Positions 13,907 through 27,554 of a DNA stretch of 64,000 bases are shown here, in pieces. The DNA comes from Paraspadella gotoi (Eukaryota; Animalia; Chaetognatha), in the NCBI GenBank assembly GCA_051294375.1, contig CM119263.1, forward strand, positions 18,934,628-18,998,627. The letters are read 5' to 3'. Both the position numbers and the translations under genes were made by a program. The notes beneath the pieces are model-generated. The model made no database searches and was not told where the DNA came from. It worked only from the letters and a program-made list of their open reading frames with translations. Position 1 is the first letter of the stretch. The number at the start of each line of letters is the position of its first letter.

Positions 13907-14970
13907 GCTCGTGAATGCAAATTGAGGGGCGATGTGTCGGTATTTTTTTGGGTAGGTTGTGAAGAAGATGTTACTCGCTCGTGTAGATTGGTTAAGTTAT
14001 TTGAGAGAGGTGGAGTGAAAGCAGCTGCTCAGAATTTGCATTGACAAAATATCATTAAAGAGAATACATTACTTTCTGCCGAAATAGTTCTGTCATCGCC
14101 TATTTTGGACTGAGTGCTGGTCTAATTTAATTAACTTGCAGCTCGATATTTTTTTATTTTTAAGAGAAAGCCATATAATTTTCTGTGTTATTTTTAGTTG
14201 GTCTTTTTTTGCATCTTTAAAGTGTGAAAAGTTTAAACGAACGAATAGTCCACTAAGAAAAAGTATTGCATACGTAATTTTTGGATAATTTATGAAAATA
14301 TCTGTTAAAATAGGTCGGCGCAAAATACGAATTTTTATAATACAGGACATGCCTGTTAAGAAAAATATTATGCGATGTCATAGATCAGAAGAATCCACGG
14401 TCCTAAATGTCGAGTCAAACGTTACGCATTTTCACGTCTCTGTCACGACGCAGGTCACCACAGATGTCATTGTTGAATATATGTGTGGCCAGCACCGGAA
14501 TATTTTTTTAAAATCTTACTACTATTGCAGAGTTAATTTATAATATAACGAAGAAGGTTAAGAGGGAATCAAAAGTTTAAACGAAAACACAATTTCTCTT
14601 CTCTCTCTCTCAATCTCTCTCTCTCTCTTTCTCTCTTTCTCCTGCTCTCTCCTACCGTCTTCTCCAGTTTTCTAACTTCCGCATGCCGACGCACTTGACC
14701 CGCTTTCTGGTCCGGATTCCGGTCCAACGCGGATCGCGACGCGTAGCGTGAGCGTCGCTGTGCGCGACGAGGGAAAGGAGGAAGAGATGAGGGAAAAAGG
14801 GAGGAATAGAGGGAGTGAAAGAAGGAAAACAAAGGGAAAGGCCGAGGACGAGAGGGGAGGGAGTCGCCTCCGATTTTCCCACCACGTTTCGCATTTTCAA
14901 AGATTTTTACGAGAAAAAGGGGAGAAAAAAAATGAGATAAATTTTTTCGTGTATTTTTTTTTTCTCTCTA
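13481..14970 (+). repeat. Block B, forward copy
   Basis: Reverse complement of 15677-17045, e.g. tttccccgttcgtcaaacaa vs ttgtttgacgaacggggaaa and caggcatgtc vs gacatgcctg. Confidence 0.95.
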
Positions 14971-15585
14971 GCCTCCTTCTCAAACCCCACTCCTCACACG
15001 AGAAGACTTTGTCACCATCCACGACGCGTTCGGCGTGAAACTCATCTCTAAGCGCGAATCACGTGATCCACTGTGATTTTATTCTCACGATTGGAATGAG
15101 AAAAATGTGAAGAAGGAGATATTTTGTAAGATTTGACAATCGAGACTGCGTCACGATTCCATCTGAGTTTAAATTACGATTGGAATTAAGTGAGGAAAAA
15201 ATTATATTCACATTAATGTCTCGAGATCACCGAACAATCTACACCAAGAATATTTCACATTGTCCCTAATTCATACGTCTTCTAAATCTAAATCTCCATG
15301 ACCTCAAATCTAAATCTCGACGCCGAGATCGTGACCCAGAAAAGAAAAATCGGGATTGATGACGCGACACCAAAATTTCTCTTTTCGAGATAACTTATCA
15401 TAATTCAACTTCAGCCGCTCTTATCGTCCAGCCCCTACCTTTAACTCACCCTTTCTCTCCTCTTCCCTACCGACAATCAAAATTCCCTCAACGCAAAAAC
15501 CTAATTTTTTTCCCCAACGTAAAAAATACTTTCTCTCTCTCTCTATCTCTCTCTGTCTCTCTCTCTTTCTCTCTTTCTCTCTCTC

Positions 15586-15657
<72 letters not shown>

Positions 15658-15676
15658 CTCTCTCTCTCTCTCTCTC

Positions 15677-15995
15677 ATGAAGAGATAGAGAAAAAAAATA
15701 CCACGAAAAAATTTATCTCGATTTTTTTTCTCCCTTTTTTCGTAAAAATCTTTGAAAATGCGAAACGTGGTGGGAAAAATCGAGGCGACTCCCTCCCTCT
15801 CGTCCTCGGCCTTTCCCTTTTGTTTTCCTTCTTTCCTCCCTCTATTCCTCCCTTTTCCTCCCTCTCTTCCTCCTTTCCCTCGTCGCGCACGGACGCTCAG
15901 CTACGCAGTCGCGATCCGCGTTGGAACCGGAATCCGGGACCAGAAAGCGGAGTCAGTCGTCGGCATGCGGAAGTTAGAAACCGGTAGAGAGAGAA

Positions 15996-16035
<40 letters not shown>

Positions 16036-16685
16036 TGGTTTTCGTTTAACTTTTGATTCCCTCTTAACCTTCTTCGTTATATTTATAAATTAACTCTGCA
16101 ATAGTAGTAAGATTTTAAAAAAATATTCCGGCTGGCCACACAATATTCAACAATGACATCTGTGTGACCTGCGTCGTTGACAGAGACGTGAAAATGGTAA
16201 CGTTTGACGCGACATTTAGACCGTGGATTCTTCGATCTATGACATCGCATAATATTTTTCTTAACAGGCATGTCTGTATTATAAAATTGTATTTTGCGCC
16301 GACCTATTTTAACAGATATTTGTCATAAATTATCCAAAAATTACGTTGCAATACTTTTCTTAGTGGACTATTCGTTCGTTTAACTTTCACACTTTAAAGA
16401 TGCAAAAAAAACAACTAAATAACACAGAAAATATATGGCTTTCTTTAAAAATAAAAAAATATCGAGCTGCAAGTTAATTAAATTTAGACCAGCACCTCAT
16501 CAAATAGCGATGACAGAACTATTTCGGCGAAAGTAATGATTCTCTTAATGATATTTTTGTCAATGAAATTCTGAGCAGCTGCTTTCACTCCACCTCTCTC
16601 AAATAACTTACCAATCTAACGAGCGAGTAACATCTTCTTCACAACCTACCCTACCCGAACATCGCCCCTCATTTGATTCACGAGG

Positions 16686-16728
<43 letters not shown>

Positions 16729-16831
16729 CGAGAGAGAGAAAAGTCCTGATCATCAGTCGCCTCCAAAACCCGCCTCGCCGCATGCGGTGTGCGAAACTCT
16801 CGCGTGTTTAATTCCGGGCACGCGGTAGCCT

Positions 16832-16864
<33 letters not shown>

Positions 16865-16865
16865 C

Positions 16866-16899
<34 letters not shown>

Positions 16900-17045
16900 G
16901 AGAGCGAGCGTGTGTATTATTACAGCGACGACCATCATTTTCTCATTTCGCCGCCGAAGGGAATCCGAGTGCCCGTATGTAACTTAAGTGACTAAAGTGC
17001 ATCTCCGGATGTAAGCCTCTTTTAATTGTTTGACGAACGGGGAAA
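15677..17045 (-). repeat. Block B, inverted copy bounded by (CT)n on the left and (AG)n on the right
   Basis: Inverted match to 13481-14970; a further noisy copy in the same orientation lies at ~21430-22875. Confidence 0.95.
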
Positions 17046-17051
17046 GAGAGA

Positions 17052-17097
<46 letters not shown>

Positions 17098-17100
17098 AGG

Positions 17101-17162
<62 letters not shown>

Positions 17163-18419
17163 AGAGAGAGAAGAGGAGAGAGAGAGAGAGAGATTCGAGC
17201 GGTGTGAGTTTTTTAAGTGCGATTTTCAGGCTTCGGGGCAGATCCATTTTTGGAGGGTAATATCACGAAAGATACTAACGGACCCGGTCCGGTGCTGGTC
17301 TTTCACAGAAAATAGTGATCCAATCTTTGATGTCATAAATTATTCCCCAAATAACTCATTCTACGATATAACCATTACTCCTTCATATTTCTGGTCTTTA
17401 TCAATTCTTACGACTCTTCTTTCATAACGAACTGGATCGAACATATTTTAGGCTTAAAAGCAACAAAATTTTAGTGTTGGTTCGATAAAAAAAAAACTTA
17501 CCATAGATACTTTTTATTTCTCACCCTCAACCGCCTCCATTCTCTCTTTTCTCCTCCTCCACTCGGTCGCCATTAAATTTCACTCTTTCGCCTTAAAACC
17601 TCATTTTCTTATCTTTTTTTCCTCTCATCTTCGACTAAAATCAAATTAAAGTCTTTTTTCCCCTTCCGAAACTGGCCTCGCGAGGATTCTCTTTTTTCTC
17701 TAATCTCGCTCTCTCTCTCTCTCTCTCTCTCCTCTCTGCTCTTCTCCCTCTCTCTCTCCTCTCTCTCCTCCTCTCTTCTCTCTCTCTTTCTCTTTTCCTC
17801 GGCTAAAAAGAGGAATAAAAAGGAGAAACCGGTTCAAACGAGGTAACAGGGAAAAAAAGAAATAAGGAAATTAGAAAAGAAAAGAAAGTGAAACAACACT
17901 TCTGCTGAGTTCAATTGTGCAATTTTTAGATTTAATGTGTTGCTTCGTTTTTTTTTTTCAGTGGTAATTAACATTGTCTCTTTTTCTTTATCTTTAGTCT
18001 TTTATGCTAAGAATTCATAACCAGCGACCTTGAGAAAAATGGGAAAAAATTACCATTTTTTCAACATTTCGTTATTTCATGATCACTGAAAAGAAAAAGT
18101 CATTAGTATTCAGAGCCCTACGGGTTTAAACGATTATTACTTTAAGGTCGAAAAGAAAGTTTTGTCACTTTTTGATCCATTATAAAAATATAAAAAACGT
18201 CAAAATAATGGCAGCTAATGGTAATTTATAATATTTTATTCAGTATATTTAAAATTTTATTTCCGTTTATGTGATACCTAACATTGGAGTTATCACTTTC
18301 ACGAATACTTAAAAAATAGTGCACAGTTTAAAAATAAAAGTTTTGCTGAACATGACAGGCATTTTGATAATTAACCATCTCTTAAATTTACTACTACTAG
18401 ATGATTATTGATATATAAA

Positions 18420-18640
18420 ATATAATATAAAAATTATCCATTCATTTAATAAATAAGCGTGATAAGGCGCTCAGTAGGATGAAGACTACTATCCGTAACT
18501 CCTATGCCCCATCAGCAGCAATGGAACGGGTCCTTGGCTTGAAACTAGGCTTGGGGGTTTTCCAAGGCGGTTTACAGCCGTCCTCACGCTTCCCGCAGGG
18601 AACAGAATTGGGATTTGAACCCGGCTCCCATTACTTAACA
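18420..18640 (-). mobile_element. SINE-like dispersed repeat with Pol III B-box
   Basis: Minus strand carries GGTTCAAATCCC (B-box) and ends in gcttatttattaaatgaatggataatttt, a terminus also seen at ~24870, ~43660 and ~56400. No clear A-box. Confidence 0.5.
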
Positions 18641-19128
18641 TCACTTCCCATATTCCCTGTTGGCTCATTGTTTCATTTGTCTTTACATGTTCTCTCATCT
18701 CCTCAAATCCCCTTATGTACCTCGCCTCCCAACTACCCATGTCGCGTAACTCTTCCATTCTCCAAAGTCCAAACTCAGTCGCAGGTGGCGAAATGAGGGC
18801 GTCAACCGTTGTTCTTCTGTTTCGGAACAAAACAAAGGTCAAAAAGGGAATGATCACAACTAAAAAAGTCGAATGCCATGAAGAAAATGGAGAATTAGAA
18901 AAAAAAATATCATAAAAAAAGTATCTCTCTCTATATATATATATATAAATATATTTATATATATATATATATATATTTAACAGGTAAGCATTTGTTCGCT
19001 AAATATTCTAATCGACTTTAATGACATTTGAAGGAACAAAAATGCTCCTCGGGAGTATTTTCATCTTGTTGTGTGACCATCACATCTCGTTTCTCGGTAG
19101 CGTAACACTCTCCTCAGTCATCACGTTA

Positions 19129-19181
19129 CACATTGACTCACATTGACAGTCACACATTGACTCACATTGACTCTCACATTG
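19129..19181 (+). repeat. ~10-bp minisatellite (CACATTGACT)n
   Basis: About five imperfect units; also present in the duplicate at ~25204-25250. Confidence 0.8.
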
Positions 19182-19280
19182 TGTTGAAAAGGTCATGTCT
19201 CGCTTTCTCTTAATTCGAGCTTAACTCAATTATTTTAAGAACAACATTTTCTCGCGAAAACTCGCGACGAACTTTTTAAA

Positions 19281-19314
19281 TTCGATTAAATGACCATTTG
19301 GTCATTTAATCGAA
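19281..19314. repeat. 34-bp near-perfect palindrome
   Basis: TTCGATTAAATGACCA-TT-TGGTCATTTAATCGAA (16-bp arms, 2-nt spacer). Confidence 0.9.
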
Positions 19315-21041
19315 ACTGCTTTGAAGCAGAAACAACGCTCGCCCCGAAGAAACTCGTTTCCTTAGATCATTTTAGAAATATTGTCTCGTTTTAATGTTTC
19401 TAATAAAAACTTTAAAATTCATACAATTTTCAATTTTCTTCTAAAAACCCATGTTGGAATCTTTGGACGGGCGACGTTTAGAACGTTTGATTTCGCGAGC
19501 GAAAAGAGGAAACTCTTTACACACTGACTCCTCTGGACGTTGTTGTTGTTGTAATGTTGTAATGTTTTCAATTTCTCTCTGAAGTTTTTTTTTTTAAATA
19601 AAAAAAAAAAACCACGGAGGAACCTTGTAGATCTATTTACGAAAAAAAGAAGAACTCAGTACTCCCCGTCTGGCTCTGCGTGCGAGAATGAAAAATCGTC
19701 GTATTTTCCCCTCGGAAAGAAATTATTACCTCGTCATAAGGAATACGGAAGGATATAAAAATCCTGAGCCCGTATGAAAGAAAAGCAGTAAAGGTTTATC
19801 ATTGGAGGGATATAACGTTTATCAACGTCGGAGAGGGGGCCATGGAAAGGAAAGGAAACATGGGGACGCACGTTAACAAAAGGAGGAAAAAGGAAAAGGA
19901 ATAATAAAGGGAGGAACGAGAGGAGAAAAAGTATGAAGTGAAGAAGACTCTCTTGGGTGAAACTCGTAATTTTGACCTCGCGCATAAATGGAAAGAAAAG
20001 AAAGTTAAAGGAAAGAGATTGCAATGAAAATAAAGTAGGAGGAAGAAACCAAAGCTAAGAAAGTTAAACTGGAGGAAAAATAGAAATAAAACGCGAATGG
20101 GAAATGTTTAAAAGAAAAAAAATCAAAAGGAAAATCAAGAGATGAAGAAAAAGAGAGATGCGAAAGTGGCAAGCGGTTTGGTTGGTGGCGGGAAATGGTA
20201 AAGAGATACTGGCATAATCTGTAAGGAAGATGGCGCTTGAACGGAAAATGACAAATAAAAACAAAAAAATGGGAAGCGACAGGCTAATAGTATTCTGGAA
20301 CTGCAAAATGATGGTTTAGAAAAAGAAAACGTTTTACCTGTGCTCGCTCTCCGTGAACGACAAAAAATAGAGAAAGAAAACAGAGAACGAAAGAAAAAAA
20401 AATAGGAAAACAAAATGAATAAAAACAACGGGGGAAAAAACAGGGCAGGAAACAACCGACCAAAGTCGAACGACCTACCTTGACGAACCATTCGCAATTT
20501 GCGCTCTTCTCTCTCTCACTCTTTTTCTCTGGTCTATTCCCCTTTCTTTCTTTCTCCCTCTTTCTCTNNNNNNNNNNNNNNNNNNNNNNNNNNNNNNNNN
20601 NNNNNNNNNNNNNNNNNNNNNNNNNNNNNNNNNNNNNNNNNNNNNNNNNNNNNNNNNNNNNNNNNNNNNNNNNNNNNNNNNNNNNNNNNNNNNNNNNNNN
20701 NNNNNNNNNNNNNNNNNNNNNNNNNNNNNNNNNNNNNNNNNNNNNNNNNNNNNNNNNNNNNNNNNNNNNNNNNNNNNNNNNNNNNNNNNNNNNNNNNNNN
20801 NNNNNNNNNNNNNNNNNNNNNNNNNNNNNNNNNNNNNNNNNNNNNNNNNNNNNNNNNNNNNNNNNNNNNNNNNNTCTGCGTCCCCTAGAGGGAGAATTTT
20901 CGAGCCATCAACAACCATCATCAAGGGTGGAGGCGGTGGAGTCTTACGGAAAGAATGAGAAGGAGCAGGAGGAGGAAGAGGAGGGGGAAAGAGGAGGAGG
21001 AAGCTGAACTTAGTTGNNNNNNNNNNNNNNNNNNNNNNNNN

Positions 21042-21788
21042 ACTATAATAATTCGACTTCAGCCGCTCTTATCGTCGCAGCCGTACCCTTTAAATCACCT
21101 TTCTCTTCCTCTTCCTAGACAATAAAATCTACTGCACGCAAAAACGCTAATGTTGTTGCTTCCCAATCCGATTAATGAAAATACTTTCTCTCCATCATCT
21201 TCTTATCGTTCTGTGATCTCTCCTCTGCTTGTATCTCTTGGCTTTCTCTGTGTCTTCGTTCTCTTCTTTCTAGTCTCTCTGTCTCTCGTCTCTTGCAGTC
21301 TCTCGTCCTCTCGTCCTGCAGTCTGACTCGTCTGCGGTCTCGTTAGTCTGTCTCTGTTGTCCTATTGCTCTCGCGTCTTCCTCTCTCTCTACCTCTCTCT
21401 CCTGCCTGGTCGCGATTTCTCTCGTCTCAGTGAAGAGATAGGAAAAAAATCAAAGAAATAAATTTATCTCGTTTCTGTTTTCTCCTTTTTCGTAAAAAGT
21501 CCACTTTGAAAATAGCGAACGGTGGTGGGAAATTGGTAGAATACAGGCGGACTCCGTCTCACTCTCGTCTCGGCCCTTCCCTTTTGTTTTTCTTCTTTAC
21601 TCGCATTATTCTCCTTTTTCTCCTTCTTTCCTTCCTTTCCCTCGTCGCGCACGGACGCTCAGCTGACGCAGTCGCGCGATCGCGTTTGGAAGGCCGGATC
21701 GGGACAGAGAAGCGGAGTAGTCGTTCGGCATGCGAGATTAGAAACGTAGAGAGAAGAAGAGATAGAAAGGGAGAGGAGAGAGAGAGAG

Positions 21789-21819
<31 letters not shown>

Positions 21820-22911
21820 AATTGGTGCTTTATCGTATTTAAGCGTTTTGATTTCCTCTTAACTTCTTCGTTTATAGTGTCGTATAAATTAACTCTGGCA
21901 ATGTAGTACAGAAGTTTAAAATATTCCGGCTGGCACACAATATTTCAACACTGACATCAGTGTGACCTGCGTCGTGTGACAAGAGTGAAAATGTAAGTTT
22001 GACGGACAGTTTAGACGTGGATTCGATTTATGACATCGGCATAATATTTTTTCTAACAGGCATGTCTGTATATAAAATTGTTTCTTTTGCGCGACCTATT
22101 TTACAGATATTTGTCATAATTATCCAAAAATTACGTTGCAATACTTTTCTTAGTGGACTTATTCGTTTCGTTTACACTTTACATTTAAAAGATGGGCAAA
22201 AACACTAAATACACAGAAAATATATGGGTTTCTTAAAGAATGAAATATCGAGCTGGAAAGTTAATAAATTTTAGACCAGCACCTCATCATAGCGTGAAGA
22301 ACTATTTCGGCGAAAGTAATGATTTCTTCTAATGATATTTTTGTAATGCAATTCTGAGCAGCATGCTTTCCTCCACTCTTCAATACTTCACAATCTAACA
22401 GAGCGGAGTACATCTTCTTGCAAACCTACCCCTACCCGACTCGCCGGCGCTCAGATTTGTTGCCGAGGGAAGAGAGAGAAGGAGAAAAAAAAAAAAGAGG
22501 AGAGAGAGGAGGAGAGAAGAGAAGGAGGAAGAGAAAAGTCTGATGCATCAGTTCGCTCCAAAGACCCGCCTTTCGCTCGCATGCTGAATGTGCGGAAGAA
22601 CTTCTGCGTGTGTACATGTCCGGCACGCGCGTGGGCTACGGCTAAGGAGGAATGAAGGGATAGAGCAGAGAGAGAGGACAGAGAGCAGAGAGAGAAGAGA
22701 GAAGGTGAGGAAAGAAGAGAGGAGCGTGGTGTTATTATTAAGGTGCGACGACCATCATTTTTCATTTTCGCCGCGAAGGGAATCCTGGTGGACCGTTATG
22801 TAACGTATAGTAGACTAAAGGGGATCTTACGGATGTGAAGGCTTTTATGTAATTTTGTTTGACGACGGGGAAAGAGATGAGAAAGAGAGAGAGAGCAGAG
22901 ATGCGGAGATT

Positions 22912-22945
<34 letters not shown>

Positions 22946-25900
22946 GCGAGAGGAGAGAGAATAAGTAGAGAGAGAATGGTAGGTAAGGAGGAGAGAGTCG
23001 AGAGTTGAGGAGAAGAGGGAAGAGAGGTATAAAGAGAGAGAGTATTCATTAGAGGAGAGAGCGGTATGTGAGTTCGTTTAAATGTGCGATTTTCAGGCTT
23101 CGGGGCAGATCCTTTGTTTGGGCGGTAAATACATGCACGAAAGATACTAAAGGACCCAGGTTCCGGGGTAGGTCTGGGTCTCTTGGCAGGAGAAATAAGT
23201 GATCTATAATTCTTGATGTCATAGAATTATTCTCCCAGATAATAACCGTATTCTAACCGATTATAACCATTACTCCTTGGTATGAATTAGTACGGCGAAG
23301 GCGTCTTCGTTTCGATTGAACGTGACGTTGGAATGCGAACATATTTTTAGGCTTAAAAGCAACAAATTTTAGTGTTGGTTCGATAAAACAAAACTTACCA
23401 ATAGATACTTTTATTTCTCACCCCTCAACGCCTCCATTCTTCTTTTCTCCTCCTCCACTCGTCAGCCATTAATTTCACTTCTCTTTCGCCTTCAAAACCT
23501 CATTTTCTTATCTTTTTTTTTTCCTCTCATCTTCGACTAAAAATCAAATTAAGTCTTTTTCCCTTCCGAAACTGGCCTCGCAGGGATTCTCTCTTTTCTC
23601 TAATCTCGCTCTCTCTCTCTTCTCTCCTCTCTCTATCTCTCTCTCTCTCTCTCCTCTCTCTTCTCTCTCTCTCCTCTTTCTCTTTTTCCTTACTGGCTAA
23701 AAAAGAGGATAAAGAGAACCGGTTTCAGGGAGGTAAAGGGAATAAAAAAATAAGGAACATTAGAATAGAAAAGAAAGTGACAAACTTCTGCTGAGTTCAT
23801 TGTGCAATTTTTAGATTTAATGTTGCTTCGTTTTTTTTTTCAGTGGTAATTACATTGTCTCTTTTTCTTTATCTTTTTAGGTTCTTTCTTTGCTAGAATT
23901 TTAACCAGCGACCTTTGAGAAAAATGGGAAAAAAAATACCATTTTTTTTCACATTTCGTTATTTCATGATCACTGGAAAAGAAAGTCATTAGTATATTAG
24001 CAGTTAACGTTTTTTGTTTAAACGATTATTACTTTAAGATCGAAAGAAAATTTTTGTCACTTTCTGATCTATTGATAAAAATATAATAAAAACGTCAAAA
24101 TAATGGCATCTAATGGTAATTTATAATAGTTTTTCAGGTATATTTAAAATTTTATTTCCGTTTATGTGATACCTAATTGGGTTATCACTTTCACGAATAC
24201 TTAAAAAATAAAAAGTGAAACAGTTTAAAAATAAAGTTTTGGGCTGAACATGACAGGCATTTTGATAATTAACCATCTCTTAAATTTAATACTACTATGA
24301 TGATTATTGATATATAAAATATAATATAAAATTTCCATTCATTTATAAAAATGATAGCGTGAATAAGGCGCTGCTAGTAGGAGATGAAGACTACTTCCGT
24401 AAATCCTATGCCCATCGACAGCAATGGAACGGGTCGCTTGGCTTGAAACTAGGCTTGGGGGTTTTCCAAGGCGGTTTACAGCGTCCTCACGCTTCCCGCA
24501 GGGAATCAGAATTGGGATTTTGAACCCGGCTCCCATTACTAACATCATTCCCATATCCCTGTTGGCTCCTTGTTTATTTTGTCTTTACATGTTCTCTCAT
24601 CATCCTCAAATCCCCTATGTACTCGCCTCCAACTACCCATGTCGCGTACTCTTCCATTCTCCAAAGTCCAAACTAGTCGCAGGTGCGAAAATGAGGGCGT
24701 CAACCGTGTTCTTCTGTTTCGGAACAAACAAGGTTAAAAAGGGATGATCACAACTAAAAAAGTCGAATGCCATGAAAGAAAATGGAGAATTATGAAAAAA
24801 AAAAATCATAAAAAGATTTCTCTCTATATTATATATATAAAATATATTTATATATATTATATATATATGAAATTGTACAACAATATAATTTTCCATTCAT
24901 TTAATGAAATAAGCTATCTTGCCGCTGAGTTGGACAGGCTTTTGGTGGTTTAGCCTCATCACTCTTTACAAATATGACTAGCAGGTCCCTGCAAGCTTTC
25001 AATTCAAGACTCTCTCAGGTCTCGTTTATTCATCCCCAGAGTACCTGGGGTGAACAGGTTAAGCATTTGTTCGCTAAAATTCTAATCGACTTTAATGAAT
25101 TGAATGCGAAACAAAATGCTCCTCGGGAGTATTTTCCATCTCTTGTTGTGTGACCATCACATCTCGTTCTTCGGTAGCGTACACTCTCTCAGTTCATACG
25201 TTACACATGACTCACATGACAGTCACACATTGACTCACATTGACTCTCACTTGGTGTTGAAAAGGTCATGTCTCGCTTTCTCTTATCGAGCTTAACTCAA
25301 TTATTTTATAAGAACAACATTTTCTCGCGAAAACTCTGAGCCGAAAACTTTTAAATTCGATTAAATGACATTTGGTCATTTAATCGAAACTGCTTTGAAG
25401 GGCAGAAACAACGCTGCCGGCCCCGAAGAATCGTTTCCTTAGATTCATTTTAGAATATTGTCTCGTTTTAATGTTTTCTAATAAAAACTTTTAAATTCAT
25501 ACAATTTCCCATTTTCTTCTAAACCCATTTGGAATCTTTGAGGGCGACGTTTAGAAACGTTTGATTTTCGCGGCGGAAAAAGAGGAAACTCTTTACACCA
25601 CTGACTCCTCTGGACGTGTGTTGTTTGTTGTAATGTTGTAATGTTTTAATTTCTCTCTGAAGTTTTTTTTTTTAATAAAAAAAAAAAAACCAGGAGGAAC
25701 CTTGTAGATCTATTTACGAAAAAAAGAAGAACTCATATCCCGTCTGGTCTGCGTGCGATGATATGAAAAATCGGTCGTATTTTCGCCTCGGAAAGAAATT
25801 ATTACCTCGTCATAAGAATACGGAAGGATATAAAAAATCCTGATCCCGTTGAAAGAAAGCCAGTAAGGTTTAAATTATCATTGGAGGGATTATAACGTTT

Positions 25901-26657
25901 ATCACGTCGGAGAGGGGGCCATGGAAAGGAAAGGAACATGGGGACCGCACGTTAACAAAAGGAGGAAAAAGGAAAAGGAATAAATTAAGGGACGAAAGAG
26001 GAGAAAAAGGTTGATAAGGAAGCTCTCTTTGGTGACACTGTAAAAATGTTTTTTGCACCTCGGGCATAAATGGAAAGAAAAGAAAAAGTTAAAGGTAAAG
26101 AGAATTGCAATGAAAATAAAGTAGGGGAAAGAAACCAAAGGCTAAGAAAAGTTAAACTGGAGGGAAAAATAGAATAAAACGCCAATGGAAATGTTTAAAA
26201 GAAAAAAAAAAATCAAAGGGAATAAGAGTTGAAGAAAAAGAGAGATGGCGAAGTGGCAAGCGGTTTGGTTTGGTGGCGGGAATGGTTAAAGAGATACTGG
26301 CATAATCTGTAGAGGGATGGCGCCCTGAACGGGAAAATTGACAAATTAAAACAAAAAAAATGGGAAGCGACAGGCTAATAGTATTCTGGAACTGCAAATG
26401 GATGGTTTAGAAAAAGAAACGTTTACCTGTGCTAGCTCTCCGTGGACGACAAAAAATAGAGAAAGAAAACAGGAGAAGAAAGAAAAAAAATAGGAACAAA
26501 ATGAATAAAAACAAGGGGGGAAAAAACAGGCAAGGAAAAACGACCCAAAAGTCGAACGACTACCTTGACGAACATTCGCAATTGCGCTCTTTCTCTGCTA
26601 CTCTTTTTCTCTGGTCTATTCCCTTTCTTTTTTCTCCTCTTCTACTTCTCTCTCCTC

Positions 26658-26701
<44 letters not shown>

Positions 26702-26794
26702 CTCTCTCCTCTCTCTCCTCTCTTAGTCTCACTCCTTTTTTTCTTTCTCCCTCTTTCTCTCTCTCTCTTCTCTCTATTCTCTCTCTCTCTATCT

Positions 26795-26841
<47 letters not shown>

Positions 26842-27014
26842 TCTTCTCTCTCTCTCTTCTCTCTCTCTCTCCTCTCTCACTCTGCGTCCTAGAGGAGAAT
26901 TTTCGAGCCATCACACCATCATCAAGGGTGGAGGCGGTGAGTTTAGGAAAGAATGAGAAGGGAGAGGAGGAGGGAAGAGGAGGGGGAAAGAGGTTAGGAG
27001 GAGGAACTTAGTTG
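21042..27014 (+). repeat. ~6-kb tandem duplicate of ~15398-21016 (indel-rich)
   Basis: Colinear with 15398-21016 and ends in the same gaacttagttg. 21042-23330 is heavily peppered with 1-bp insertions. The block follows a 25-N gap. Confidence 0.92.
24870..25140 (-). mobile_element. SINE-like repeat family copy
   Basis: aattgtacaacaatataatt..cattcatttaat..aagctatcttgcc...tttggtggtttag...tttattca.cccagagtacct matches 43660-43810. Confidence 0.6.
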
Positions 27015-27089
27015 ATGAGGGAAAGAAATGATGGCGAAATGTAAGAAAGGGGAATCGAGGGGGAAGGGAAGGGGGAAGGAGAGGAGAAA

Positions 27090-27382
27090 AAAAGAAAGAA
27101 GAAGAGAGGAAGCACGAGAGGGGAAAAAGAAAGAAGAAGATCGAGAAGCAGGAGAAGGGGAAAAAGAAGGAGAAGAATCAAGGAAGCAGGAGAGGGGAAA
27201 AAGAAAGAGAGATGAGGAAGCAGAGAGGAGAAAAGAAGGAAGAAGAATCGAGGAAGCAGGAGAGGGGAAAAAAGATAGGAAGAAGAATTGAGGAAGCAGG
27301 AAAGGGGGAAAAAAGAAAGAAGAAGAATCAAGGAAGCAGGAGAGGAGAAAAAGAAGGAAGAAGAATCGAGGAAGCAGGAGAT
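27090..27382 (+). repeat. ~39-bp purine-rich minisatellite
   Basis: About 7-8 units of gaagaagaatc(g/a)aggaagcaggagaggggaaaaaagaa. Confidence 0.85.
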
Positions 27383-27554
27383 CAGAAAGAATAAAGAATT
27401 CAGAAGATAGAAGACGAGTAAGAGATGCAGGCTTCCCGATATAACCGATCAAAATGATTTACTTTCAACAATCCATCGGTGAAAATTTCTAAAAACGTTG
27501 TTTATGATTATTAGGAGAAAATTAAAAACTTACTGAGATCCAATAAAAAACTAA

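Noticed and set aside
13925-14115. Possible Tc1/mariner C-terminal remnant
   Set aside because: Resemblance too weak; no catalytic motif or TIR.
19620-19642. aaccttgtagatct resembles the 5' end of miR-10/miR-100
   Set aside because: Seed mismatch, no match in the 3' half and no precursor hairpin.
27090-27382. Regularly spaced repeats, possible CRISPR-like array
   Set aside because: Head-to-tail minisatellite without unique spacers, in a eukaryotic context with no cas genes.
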